The position numbers were made by a program, and so were the translations under genes. From Macrostomum hystrix (Eukaryota; Animalia; Platyhelminthes), in NCBI GenBank assembly GCA_950097015.1, contig CATNEN010000029.1, positions 5,332,001 to 5,396,000 on the forward strand: 64,000 nucleotides of DNA, given 5' to 3'. Below are positions 22,057 to 34,183 of the stretch, in pieces (position 1 is the first letter of the stretch; the number at the start of each line of letters is the position of its first letter). The notes beneath the pieces are model-generated. The model saw nothing but the letters and a program-made list of their open reading frames with translations. It was not told where the DNA came from and did not search any database.

Positions 22057-25000
22057 TCAAGTTGGCTTCACCTTGTTGCTGTTCTTGCGATCGTTGATGA
22101 GTAAAATGGCTGCACCAACTATCAGCGAGCACTGCGGGAGACAAACTTCACTCTAATTGATATCTGCTGTCACTGCTGTGTCTGCTGGCACTGCTGTGTC
22201 TGCTGTCACTGCTGTGTCTGCTGTCACTGATGTGTCTGCTGTCACTGCTGTGTCTGCTGTCACTGCTGTGTCTGCTGTCACTGATGTGTCTGCTGTCACT
22301 GGTGTCTGCTGTCACTGATGTGTCTGCTGGCACTGATGTGTCTGCTGTCACTGGTATGTCTGCTGTCACTGCTGTGTCTGCTGTCACTGCTGTGTCTGCT
22401 GTCACTGATGTGTCTGCTGTCACTGCTGTGTCTGCTGTCACTGCTGTGTCTGCTGTCACTGATGTGTCTGCTGTCACTGGTATGTCTGCTGTCACTGCTG
22501 TGTCTGCTGTCACTGATGTGTCTGCTGTCACTGGTGTCTGCTGTCACTGATGTGTCTGCTGGCACTGATGTGTCTGCTGTCACTGGTATGTCTGCTGTCA
22601 CTGCTGTGTCTACTGTCACTGCTGTGTCTGCTGTCACTGCTGTGTCTGCTGTCACTGGTGTCTACTGTCACTGCTGTGTCTGCTGGCACTGATGTGTCTG
22701 CTGTCACTGGTGTCTGCTGTCACTGATGTGTCTGCTGCACTGATGTGTCTGCTGTCACTGGTATGTCTGCTGTCACTGCTGTGTCTACTGTCACTGCTGT
22801 GTCTGCTGTCACTGATGTGTCTGCTGTCACTGGTGTCTACTGTCACTGCTGTGTCTGCTGGCACTGATGTGTCTGCTGTCACTGGTATGTCTGCTGTCAC
22901 TGCTGTGTCTACTGTCACTGCTGTGTCTGCTGTCACTCCTGTGTCTGCTGTCACTGCTGTGTCTGCTGTCACTGCTGTGTCTGCTGTCACTCCTGTGTCT
23001 GCTGTCACTCCTGTGTCTGCTGTCACTGCTGTGTCTGCTGTCACTGATGTGTCTGCTGTCACTGCTGTGTCTGCTGTCACTGCTGTGTCTGCTGTCACTG
23101 ATGTGTCTGCTGTCACTGGTATGTCTGCTGTCACTGGTATGTCTGCTGTCACTGATGTGTCTGCTGTCACTGGTATGTCTGCTGTCACTGGTATGTCTGC
23201 TGTCACTGGTATGTCTGCTGTCACTGATGTGTCTGCTGTCACTGGTATGTCTGCTGTCACTGCTGTGTCTGCTGTCACTGCTGTGTCTGCTGTCACTGCT
23301 GTGTCTGCTGTCACTGCTGTGTCTGCTGTCACTGCTGTGTCTGCTGTCACTGATGTGTCTGCTGTCACTGCTGTGTCTGCTGTCACTGCTGTGTCTACTG
23401 TCACTGCTGTGTCTGCTGTCACTGCTGTGTCTGCTGTCACTGCTGTGTCTACTGTCACTGCTGTGTCTGCTGTCACTGATGTGTCTGCTGTCACTGCTGT
23501 GTCTGCTGTCACTGCTGTGTCTACTGTCACTGCTGTGTCTGCTGTCACTGCTGTGTCTGCTGTCACTGCTGTGTCTGCTGTCACTGCTGTGTCTGCTGTC
23601 ACTGATGTGTCTATTGTCACTGCTGTGTCTGCTGTCACTCCTGTGTCTGCTGTCACTGCTGTGTCTGCTGTTACTCCTGTGTCTGCTGTCACTCCTGTGT
23701 CTACTGTCACTGATGTGTCTGCTGTCACTGATGTGTCTACTGTCACTCCTGTGTCTGCTGTCACTGATGTGTCTACTGTCACTGATGTTTCTACTGTCAC
23801 TGATGTTTCTGCTGTCACTGATGTGTCTACTGTCACTGATGTTTCTGCTGTCACTGATGTGTCTGCTGTCACTGATGTGTCTGCTGTCACTGATGTGTCT
23901 ACTGTCACTGATGTGTCTACTGTCACTGATGTGTCTGCTGTCACTTTATTTGTCTGGTATCCAGAATTTTAAGGAAAAGTCCAAAATTTGCGAATTGGCA
24001 GACGAGTTTAAAAGTACAACTTACCTGGAATCCGAGAACACCGCCCATTCCGTAGAACAGGTAGTCAAGCGGTATGTACTTATCGATGTAGTTAAAGATG
24101 GCATCGTAGCAGCCGTTCTGATAGTTGCTGGTCTGTGGCGTGGTGTTGTTGTACGGGCATGTGCTATCAATTATCGAGAATGTGCTGATGTTGTACTTGC
24201 AGCAGGTAAGCGGATAGGTCAGGTCTGAAAAACGATTGCAAAATATTCAACTGTTATGTATGTTGGACTTCACTAGGCTCACTTAACAGTAGAACTACCA
24301 AGGGGGGAATTCCTGACAATTCTTGTGCTGCACCCGAACGGAGCAACGCAAGCGCACGAAACTCGAGAACTCGGGCCAACTTTTTGTTGCGTCCATTTTG
24401 TCTAAAACAAGAACCAAGTCTCCAGCTCTTCAGACCGTGTATTACACACACCCCTTGCCAGGCCTTAAAAATTTATCAGCACGTGACCATCTTTGGCGGT
24501 CACCAACCTTTATCTAGACGGAGCTGCTGGACCTTCAAGGGCTAAACCAGTTGTAACTAGGCCACAATGGACACCCTGACGCGAATTTCTCCACTTTCAC
24601 TGATCAAGCCTAAGTACAGGCTCAGCTCAACCACAGGACACCATCATCTAGTCTGTAAATCAAGCAGGGCGAGAGCAAGCACCCAACGCTGTTAGCATTC
24701 AGTCGCTGCCAAAAATATTTTCAGGGGGGGGGAATTCCCTCCCGCCTTAGTATAAAAAACGGGAGGCAAAATGGGTTGGTAGTCTTTGTACTGCAAGTTC
24801 TACTATAAGCAGATTCAAACTCACTGAATGTATAGTTGTACCCCGAGCTTTTGTAGGTGTAAGTCCTGTCCCACTTGGCGCTCAGTGTGTGAAAGTCGGT
24901 GCCATTGGTCACGCCGCAGCAGCCGATGAAGATCTGAATCATGTTCTGCAGCAGGCTCTGGATGTTCTTGCTGCTGATTCCAGTGAACTGCTTCAGGCTC

Positions 25001-26796
25001 TCCTCCATGGCCGTCTTAGCGTTGGCCTTGAACTGTGAGCGGCAAAGGAAATCCGAGTCCTGGTTTCATCTCACGGTCTTTCTTTTTTAAGAAATCTTTT
25101 ATAAGAGTATGTAGCCCAATTATTAAAGCTTTGCACTTCTGACCGAGAGGTCACGAGTTCGAATTTTAGCTCAAGGAAGACAACTTGTGTCGTTGAGCAA
25201 GAAAATTGCATTTATTGCTTCAGTTCGCTAAGGGTACCAGCATCAGATGAAGTAGAAATTTTCAGGGATGTCGGGCTGAACAGTTTGGCATTCATCATTC
25301 CGTAAATAATGAATTTGAAATCATTTTAATTTCAGGATTTTCAAGATTATGAATTTTGCAGCCGATAGTAGACGCTGCTAAAGGGGAGTGTTATTAGCCG
25401 CAGAACGGTCTAACACGTTTGCACCAAGGTCCCTGAGCTCGATTCCACGGCGAGACCACATTCATTTGGGGCGCAGCCACAGAGAGAAGGCTTGGGGGCT
25501 TGTCGTGCAATTTACGCCCTTGAGGGCCAACCTCCAAGGCACAGTGAGAGTGAGAAAGTCAGGGCAGATGTACACACCTGTGTGAGCGTGTGCCTGCGTA
25601 CAGTATCAGTGAGCTTGTGTGTGCTCAGGAGTGAGCGGAATGGGCAGAATTACCTTCTCGCTGGCTGCGGGGTCTAGTGTCTCCAAATGATGCGCCATTG
25701 CCCACAGCACTCAAGTAATATTACTATTAGACATTGCTACAAACTTTTTTTACTTTAATTAGAAACTTACAATTTTTTGTTACTCTTTTTTCTAAAAGCA
25801 GAAAACTCAACAAAATGTACTATTATTAAATAAGTGATTCAAATCGCATCGAAGAGGCAGATTACCAGGTTATTGTTGGAGAACCAGATGGCAACTACAA
25901 TGACCTGGGCCACCAGAATGACTGCAACCAGCACAGCGTACTGAAATTTGAATGTGGCGAACTCATGTCAAGTTATTACTATTGATCAGAGGTCCCTTCC
26001 TAGTATAGGCTACGTTAATTTCACACGTTAACTTATTTTTATTTGAATTGGCGCCAATTCTGTTCTTGTGCAGTTACAGTTTCAAACTCTAAATTTTCAA
26101 GATTGAATCTTATAGCATAATTCACTGTACTTTTAAGAAAGCTTCTATGTACAATATGTAGCTATATATAATCCGTTAAGGAGAATTAAACTTATACTGT
26201 ACAAGAACAGATTTGGCACCACTTCAAATGATCCATTCACTTACAATGATGAGGCAGGCTCTGACAGTGCAGCAGGCACCGCAGCAGCCGATGCAGCTCA
26301 GCACAATGACAATGGCGCCCAGCACCAAGAAACTCCATCCGATTGATCCGGTGACTTCACTGATGTTGCCAAGCAGTTCCGAGATGTTGATGTCTACGCC
26401 CTGCTTCTTGAGCTCGCTAGTCAGAGAGCTCAGGGCCGAATCAATATAAGTGGACAATGCGCTGCTAGCCAGCTGCAGCAGAAAGGTGAATACGGCGCCA
26501 ATCAGCAGCAAGAGCACTCCGATAATCTGCAGGTGCGAGGGATTGCCAGGGCTGCATCATCTACTCTACTGCCGGCTATCACGACAGAACTCAATGACTG
26601 CTCCGGCACAACTCGAGGACCTGACTGGGTCTATTTTTCTAGTATCCGAACTTTTGACTATATTTAACAAACTGTTGTTGGTTTAAAAACAAACTGAAAT
26701 AGAAATCGAGAAACTGCTTACGATGGCCACAATGTTCGTGCAGACTAGCAGGCACTTGAATAAGCAGCTGCAGAAACTCAGGCAACCCTTCGACAT
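22057..26796 (-). CDS. Tetraspanin A, 6 exons, 304 aa
   Basis: Exons 26722-26796, 26245-26526, 25866-25940, 24825-25032, 24025-24224, 22057-22131 (915 nt, phases consistent). Four TM segments, IGCCGAC after TM2, EC2 with CCG, PLTCC and a terminal GC; tail NDRKNSNKVKPT*. Confidence 0.93.
22165..23945. repeat. Intronic minisatellite, 18 bp GTCACTG(C/A)TGTGTCTGCT with 16-bp variants
   Basis: Fills tetraspanin A intron 5; variant units break the reading frames. Confidence 0.95.
25105..25285 (+). mobile_element. SINE family A degenerate copy
   Basis: GAGAGGTCACGAGTTCGAAT...AACTTGTGTCGTTGAGCAAG...GGGTACCAGCATCAG. Confidence 0.55.
25385..25665 (+). mobile_element. SINE family B copy
   Basis: High similarity to 20785-21050. 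Confidence 0.75.
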
Positions 26797-27959
26797 GGTT
26801 CAGATTGTTAGTTTAAAAGGCGCCTTAATCACTGATGTTCTGTTTTCTGCTTGTTTGACACTGGGAGGCTGCGCCCGATATTACCTGTGAGAACCAGGCT
26901 GTGTGAGTTGGCCCGAGTTCCACTCTTAGATGGCTTGGACGGCGATTTAAAGGCCAGGGCAGAAATAAATTCCTGCCATTGTGAACAGGCCAGGGGCAGA
27001 AGGGATAGATTGAGCAGGACTCAGGCGAGCCGCTGAGCATTGGCGGTTAGAGATCTTACCGATGCACGTTTTGCTGCAGCCATGAAAAAGCAGAAAAAAC
27101 TGCTGAACTTGGTCTACAGTGAAACAGACATTGGGTAGGACTGGGCCAGATTTGGGCTGAGAAGGAAGGAGGCGCCCCGCGCATTTGGACTCATTGTGTG
27201 AGATTGCATTGTGTGCGAAGGGCGCCCGCCAGAGAGGGTAGGTAGATGAGCGGGGAGAGAGAGGTTGCATGAGCACCTGGGAGTACCTGGGTACTCTATT
27301 TGCTTTGACAACGGTCCTATACCTAGCGACGGAGCGAGGCTAAGGAAGGAAGCTTGAGTTGAGCACTGTGACGAGGGCGGCCCAGGAAGCTAATCCTATA
27401 GAGGAGTCTCTGGGAGAAGCTGGGAGAGAAAGGATAGGATGAGGATAATGGTATAGAAGTCAGCTTCAGACTGCAGCACGGACTGTGAGGGGGGCAATAG
27501 TGCATAGCGAATGATTAAAACTTTTCTAATAAATAGTTCTCAGTGATATTGAGCTACAATATAGCTTTACTCTGAGTAATATCTGCTCTTGAAGATATAC
27601 TCGTACTTTTGCAGCTACTCAAAGCTATGCTACTGCTTACAATGTCTATTTTATAGTCGCAGTCTGTTAATATGCTTTCAGAAGCTTGTTAGGCAGTGCT
27701 ATGTCTAATTTGCTGATGTTTAACCTGCTTAATAATTTGTGTCTACTATTGTCTACATTGAATGGGCCACAATTGTCTTTGTGGCGCAGTGTGCGAGCAC
27801 ACACACACACACAACTCACCGAAAATTCACACAGATTATTAAAGAGGCTAATTAAATATACCTCTACGCGCTGAAGCCTGCTGAGTACACTATAAATAAT
27901 ATAGCAGCTCATCAGGACACAGGAAGTGAGTGTCTAATGCAGATGCAGACGCACTGAGA

Positions 27960-28480
27960 CTGAGATGAGAAACTGTGAGATTGAGATCATAAACTGTGAG
28001 ATTGAGATGAGAAACTGTGAGATTTGAGATAATTAGCTGTGAGATTGAGATGAGAAATTTGGAGATTGAGATGAGTAGCTAAGAGATTAGGACAATCAAC
28101 TGTGAGATTGAGATGAGAAATTTGGAGATTGAGATGAGTAGCTAAGAGATTAAGATAATAAACTGTGAGATTGAGATGAGTAGCTAAGAGATTAAGATAA
28201 TAAACTGTGAGATTGAGATGAGTAGCTAAGAGATTAAGATAATAAACTGTGAGATTGAAATGAGTAGCTAAGAGATTAAGATAATAAACTGTGAGATTGA
28301 GATGAGTAGCTAAGAGATTAAGATAATAAACTGTGAGATTGAAATGAGTAGCTAAGAGATTAAGATAATAAACTGTGAGATTGAGATGAGTAGCTAAGAG
28401 ATTAAGATAATAAACTGTGAGATTGAGATGAGTAGCTAAGAGATTAAGATAATAAACTGTGAGATTGAGATGAGATATCG
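27960..28480. repeat. Minisatellite, 42 bp GAGATTGAGATGAGTAGCTAAGAGATTAAGATAATAAACTGT
   Basis: Direct inspection; ORF 27987..28787 runs through it. Confidence 0.9.
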
Positions 28481-29664
28481 GTATATTGAGATGAGAAACA
28501 GTGAGATTTGTTCGAGAAGCGGTGAGATGGACGTGACAAATTGTGAGATTGATGAGGGTAACATATGAAGGTATTAGGTTAGCAACAGACGTGGTGACGG
28601 ACCAAACCTTGGCTCGTACAAATGGCAAAAAGCATGCCTGAGCAGATAGAATGACAAGAATCATACTAAATACATACAGAGACCATTTTGCAAACCCGTT
28701 TTTGCTCTTTCGAGCACGAGTTGGGCTTTTCGAATATACAGTTTTTAGTGTCCGAATCTCTCTCTCTCTCCGTCTGAGTTTGAGCACAGCAGCTGGCCGT
28801 GAGACTGTTTCTCTGTGTTTTGCTCACAGCATAGTAACTAATATTGTGTCTCTTACTCAAGTTGGTTTGCGTCATTGGCGAGCTAAATTTGGCCTAAATA
28901 GTGTGTCGAGTTGTTATTCGGATCACAGTAATGCCTGTTAATGCTCCTAACTATTCAATTAAATTTTCTCTCTCTTTTAGCTACTGTGCCACGTAGAAAA
29001 TGAAGTATCGCTAGTGTATTATGCTGTTGGTACTACACGCAGCTCTGACTCCAGAAACTGGAGAGACAAATCTCCGACAAACACCCATTTTTAATGGGCT
29101 GATAGGAAGTTCCGATGCACTAGTTGGAGAAAGCAACGATCACTTCCGTATCTTGCAGCATATTTTCTCAGTTTTTGTTTTATTGTTTTGTTTTTGTTTT
29201 TTGTTAGACGCACAAGCTTAAACTAAAATGTAGACAATTTATTCATATTTCTAGTGAAACAAACATTTTCAAAATCTGTTGCACGATACGGAAGTTATCT
29301 GTGTTTTTTACTCCAAGCGGTGCATTAGAATGTCCTATCTGCCCAGTGTATTTTCGGGACAGCCAGTTAGCCCACACTGGTACGGAAAATGGGGGTTTGT
29401 CGGAGAGTTGTCTCTCCAGTTTCTGGAGTCAGAGCTCTATGCTATACTCTTTATTCAGATTGTTCTTTGCGAGACCTAAACTCAGCGGCATTCTTTGAGG
29501 CCACCCGTAATAAAAAGTACAATTGTGACAGTGAAATAACAGCCCCTAGCAACGGTCGATTGTAGTATCCGCTGCTTTTACTCATCGCTAACTCAAGCTT
29601 GAGTTTTAGAATGCTTTTCAAAGATTTTTTATAATCAGGCTTTTAGCTCACTGAGGATAGCACA

Positions 29665-29768
29665 AAAATAGGCTAGATAGATAGATAGATAGATAGATAG
29701 ATGGATGGATAGATAGATAGATGGATGGATGGATAGATAGATAGATGGATAGATAGATAGATAGATAT

Positions 29769-29802
<34 letters not shown>

Positions 29803-29860
29803 GGATAGATAGATAGATAGATATATAGATAGATAGATAGATAGATAGATGGATATATAT

Positions 29861-29892
<32 letters not shown>

Positions 29893-30065
29893 TAGATAGC
29901 GAGAAAGAGCGAGCGAAGCGAGCTCTTTCGAGCTTGCTTGCCGCAGCCAATCAAGCTGAAAGCACGCACACAAGATCACCGGAAACGATTAAGGCAGCTG
30001 GAAAGCCAATGGGCGCGGTAGATAGATAGGTAGATAGATAGATAGATAGGTAGATAGATAGATAT

Positions 30066-30104
<39 letters not shown>

Positions 30105-30120
30105 CGCTCGTAGATAGATG

Positions 30121-30161
<41 letters not shown>

Positions 30162-30228
30162 GTAGATAGATAGATAGATAGATAGATGGATAGATAGATA
30201 GATAGATAGATAGATAAATATATAGATA
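29665..30228. repeat. Two (AGAT)n microsatellite blocks (29665-29900, 30020-30228) around a ~120 bp spacer
   Basis: Direct inspection. Confidence 0.95.
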
Positions 30229-30459
30229 GACACGAGTCCGGTCAACCAACTTTTAGTGTGGTGTACTACTTAAAGTAATACGAATAAGAAACAATATGAA
30301 AAATGCACTAACGAAAAATTGTACGAAAATTGCTCAGACAAGTTTTGATTTCAAGTTATAAGACCTAACTCTTACGAGGAAATTAAAGGTGCCATTTAGG
30401 ACGTTTCATCTCGTCAGTTAATGTTAATCATTTTTCTTAAAAAATATTCTGACAATCGA

Positions 30460-30655
30460 CAAATCAAGAATCGACGAACCAACGATGGACGATCCGAAAA
30501 TCAACGCACCAAGAAACGACGAACAAAACCAAGAATAGACGAAGCCAAAATCGACGAACTTAGAATCGACGAACTTAAAATCGGCGAACCCAAGATTGAC
30601 GAACCCAAAATCGAGAACTTAAAATCTACCAAATTAAAATCGACGAACCAAAAAT
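30460..30655. repeat. Degenerate ~15 bp repeat (AAAATCGACGAAC-type)
   Basis: About 11 imperfect ATCGACGAAC motifs. Confidence 0.6.
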
Positions 30656-31804
30656 CTATTATAATTGATAATTGAAAGATTAAAATTGCCGAAGTATGAG
30701 TGACCAGCAGAGAAAATGAGCGGAAAGTAAGCCAAGTAGTTGCAGTGAGTCAGATATTTCCTATTCAGTTCGTAACAACACTTTTTGAGGGATGCCTCCA
30801 TCCTGCTGTAATTAGTGTATTTCTGGGATTCGAGTATGGGACCAGACATTGTGATTTCAGTATGGCTTTAACAAGCTATTTTTAGACAATACTCACTTAT
30901 GAGTAATGAATGAGTAATATAACAATGTCAGCGTAAAAGATCGATTAAATTCAAATGATAGAGAATGGATGCGTTAAAAAAACTAATCGATTTGTTATAC
31001 TGCACTTAATAAAAAACGAAAAAGTTAAAACAAAAGCGCGCCGTTTCAAGTTTATAGGTTGAATATTTCGAAGCAGGATATACAATTATGCAGCCAATTA
31101 GTTCCTTAGTTGTTAATAGTATATACAGTATACACTGAAACTGCTTGTACAGTTCGTTATAAGCATTTTGCGGGAATTTTAGCATAAATTGCTGCTAAGT
31201 ACATTGGGCTGGGGCATGAGTAAGAAGAGTACACGGCTGTTAAAGCTGCATTAGTTTAGACTGCTTATACAGAAACACATCCAGAGGCAAGCAATCCTGC
31301 TATGCTAATTCTCAAATCGGCAAAAAGCGAAGCAATAGGTAAACAGGTTTGTAAACAGTAAACAGTGTTGTTGGTTCTGGTCTCGTACATTCTCTACCTT
31401 ATTTTACCAATGAACTATTGATACATTACCCTATTAGTGGGGCTCAGTCCAATAATCAAGCCAAGCTGATCGAGTGATCCGAATGCACGAAATCAAAATG
31501 ATCAAACAATCCAACGAAGGAATGGCTTTGATGATTGTAGGATGATCATGACCCAACGACCTAGTGAGTTAATGACCTATATCAAATGATAAGAGCAGCG
31601 ATAGAATGACTTAAATAATATGGCCTCTGTGACCGAATGACTATAATATGACTCAAATAAGCTTTTTTTCCCAGCGAAGCAGGTCGGTTCTCACTAGAAA
31701 AAAAGATAAAGTTCGAGAGAGAAAAAGAGATCCTTGGTCCGAGACGCAAACTGTACACATCCGACCAGCAATGGGGCGCACAAGGCCCCTCCAGGTTGGG
31801 TCGA

Positions 31805-34183
31805 TCACGCCATCTGTGGCTGCATCTTGTACTGCACACCGCTGTGCGGTATGTCCTCGTGCTCCTGCCGCTTGTGGTAGTAGATCAGCAGGGCTCCAAG
31901 TAGCAGCATGATCTGCGACAAATGTGCGGTGCGCGTGAGCCTCATTCTGATTGGCCATCTTCCTTGCTCGCAGTTAATCAAACTAAACTCACCTCCATTC
32001 CAAGGCAGCCGGCAATGCTGTAGAAGAATGTATCGAAGGTTGATCTCAGTTTGTTCTCAAATAGGTCGACCATTTTCTGATAGCAGCCAATCTTGTAGTT
32101 ACTGTAGCTCTCGCTAACGTTTGAATAGGCGCACTTATAGTCCTGGTTAGGATTGTCCCACTTGCAGCAGGAGTATGGATATGAGCCATCTGCAGTTTTA
32201 ATATGGCATTTGTGAGCAGAGGAGCATTCAGTGGAAGTAGACTGAAATGACACCTAGAAATGACAATGACGCCAGTTGGGCCAGGTGTACAGCCAGTGGC
32301 ACAGATGTACATCCAGTGGCACAGATGTACAGCCAGTGGCACAGATGTACAGCCAGTGGCACAGATGTACAGCCAGTGGCACAGATGTACAGCCAGTGGC
32401 ACAGATGTACAGCCAGTGGCACAGATGTACAGCCAGTGGCACAGATGTACAGCCAGTGGCACAGATGTACAGCCAGTGGCACAGATGTACAGCCAGTGGC
32501 ACAGATGTACAGCCAGTGGCACAGATGTCCAGCCAGTGGCACAGATGTACAGCCAGTGGCACAACCGCAGCTATTGAGGGACACGTCCAAAGGCTGTGTA
32601 CAGCAGTTCAGTCCGTGGACTAGGGAGCCCCCAAACCCATCCAGATGTCTACCCCCAGTCGATTCTGGATGCCTATTTTTACAGCCGGATGAACTCAAGC
32701 AATGAGTACTCAAGTGTTATGCTGAGATTCGAACTCCCGACCTCTGAGTCAAAAGTCCGAAGTTCTAACCACTGGGATACGAGCCAAAAGGCCGGTTGTG
32801 AAAGTGGAAGATCCAATCCGAGTATCTGGAAGGTAGGCAAATGAGAATTGAGAATAGCTTCGCTCACTATAGAAGGTGAAGTTGCCCTCCTTGTTCTCCC
32901 TGAATCCGATGGTGCGATTCCAATTGGTGGACATGGTATAGAAATCGTTGCCATTGTTCAAACCGCAGCAGCCAAGGCTCAGCTGTACAAAGTCCAGGCC
33001 GAGAGAGCCAGCGTCCGTGTTCTGAACACCCTTGTAGTTAATGACACTTTTCTCTAGCCAGTTCCGGCTGCAGGTGTTCACCTGGACAAGTCAGAAGGGA
33101 TTGGCTGTCAACTAGTCAGAAGCTGTGGTATCAGTTTCTGTGATCCAGTACGAGCGTAGTCCCATCGTCTAAACACTAAGAGTATTCATTTTACGAATAG
33201 CACAAACTTCCCGTTCTAGTCCCGGCACACAACTATAGGGTGCCAACCCCTTTCCACTCCCGGCACACAACCATAGGGTGCCAACCCCTTTCCACTCCCG
33301 GCACACAACCATAGGGTGCCAACCCCTTTCCACTCCTGGCACACAACTATAGGGTGCCAACCCCTTTCCACTCCCGGCACAAAACTACAGGGTGCCAACC
33401 CTTCTCCACTCCCGGCACAAAACTACAGGGTGCCAACCCAGTTTAATCGAGTTGACTTACCCCGTCCGTGTTGGTGAACCAGACGATGACAAGGGCGGCC
33501 TGGCTCAGTAGAACTAGTCCGATAAACACGACGTACTAAAACATTTATAAAAAAAGATATCTAAGTTTCAGTAAGGCTCAATTTTTTCCGGCATGCTTCG
33601 ATACTACTAAATTTTCAGAATTGAGTAGTCATGGCTGTTTCGAATCAGTGCATCGATTTGCTAAAGAACATATTGACAAACAAACTCATTTGAAATTCAT
33701 AGAGCTCAATATTACAATGATTAGGCAGGCCGGCACGCCGAAGCAGGCTCCGCAGCAGCCGAGGCAGCTGAAGACGATGAGCACAACGCCAAGGATAATA
33801 AGCACGGCAGCCAGCATCGAAGTAGATTGCTCCAAGACATTGTGAAAGCTATTAATGTCAAAGTTGCCTTGTACTTTTTCGGTTGAGTAGACTATGTTGT
33901 TCTTGGATAGCATGCTGTCTAATCCAGTGCGGATCGCCCAGTAGAACCACAGCATGGCCACACCTGCGGCCAGGAATGTGAGGCCGAGAATCTGGGGATG
34001 CGGGATAGCGGCAGGTGGGTTGGGCATGTGACAGTTCAAAATGAGCACTTAGTTAAACAGTACTCAACTAAGAAACAATGATTAACAATAGCTAGTCAAG
34101 ATGCTTACGGTCGTCAGCACATTGACGAACGAGATGAAGCAGCAGCAGCACCATCTGCAGCAGGTTAGGCAGCCGGAGCCCAT
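31805..34183 (-). CDS. Tetraspanin B, 6 exons, 314 aa
   Basis: Exons 34109-34183, 33716-33991, 33461-33535, 32868-33081, 31993-32189, 31805-31912 (945 nt); intron positions and phases match tetraspanin A. Motifs LGCCGAC, CCG, PYSCC, KIGC. Confidence 0.93.
32285..32562. repeat. Intronic minisatellite, 20 bp GTACAGCCAGTGGCACAGAT
   Basis: About 14 copies in tetraspanin B intron 4. Confidence 0.95.
32575..32790 (-). mobile_element. SINE family A copy (reverse)
   Basis: Reverse strand reads AGTGGTTAGAACTTCGGAC...AGAGGTCGGGAGTTCGAATC...GTCCACGGACTGAAC. Confidence 0.6.
33220..33440. repeat. Intronic minisatellite, 38 bp CCCGGCACACAACCATAGGGTGCCAACCCCTTTCCACT x~6
   Basis: Tetraspanin B intron 3, ending ~20 nt from the donor. 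Confidence 0.9.
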
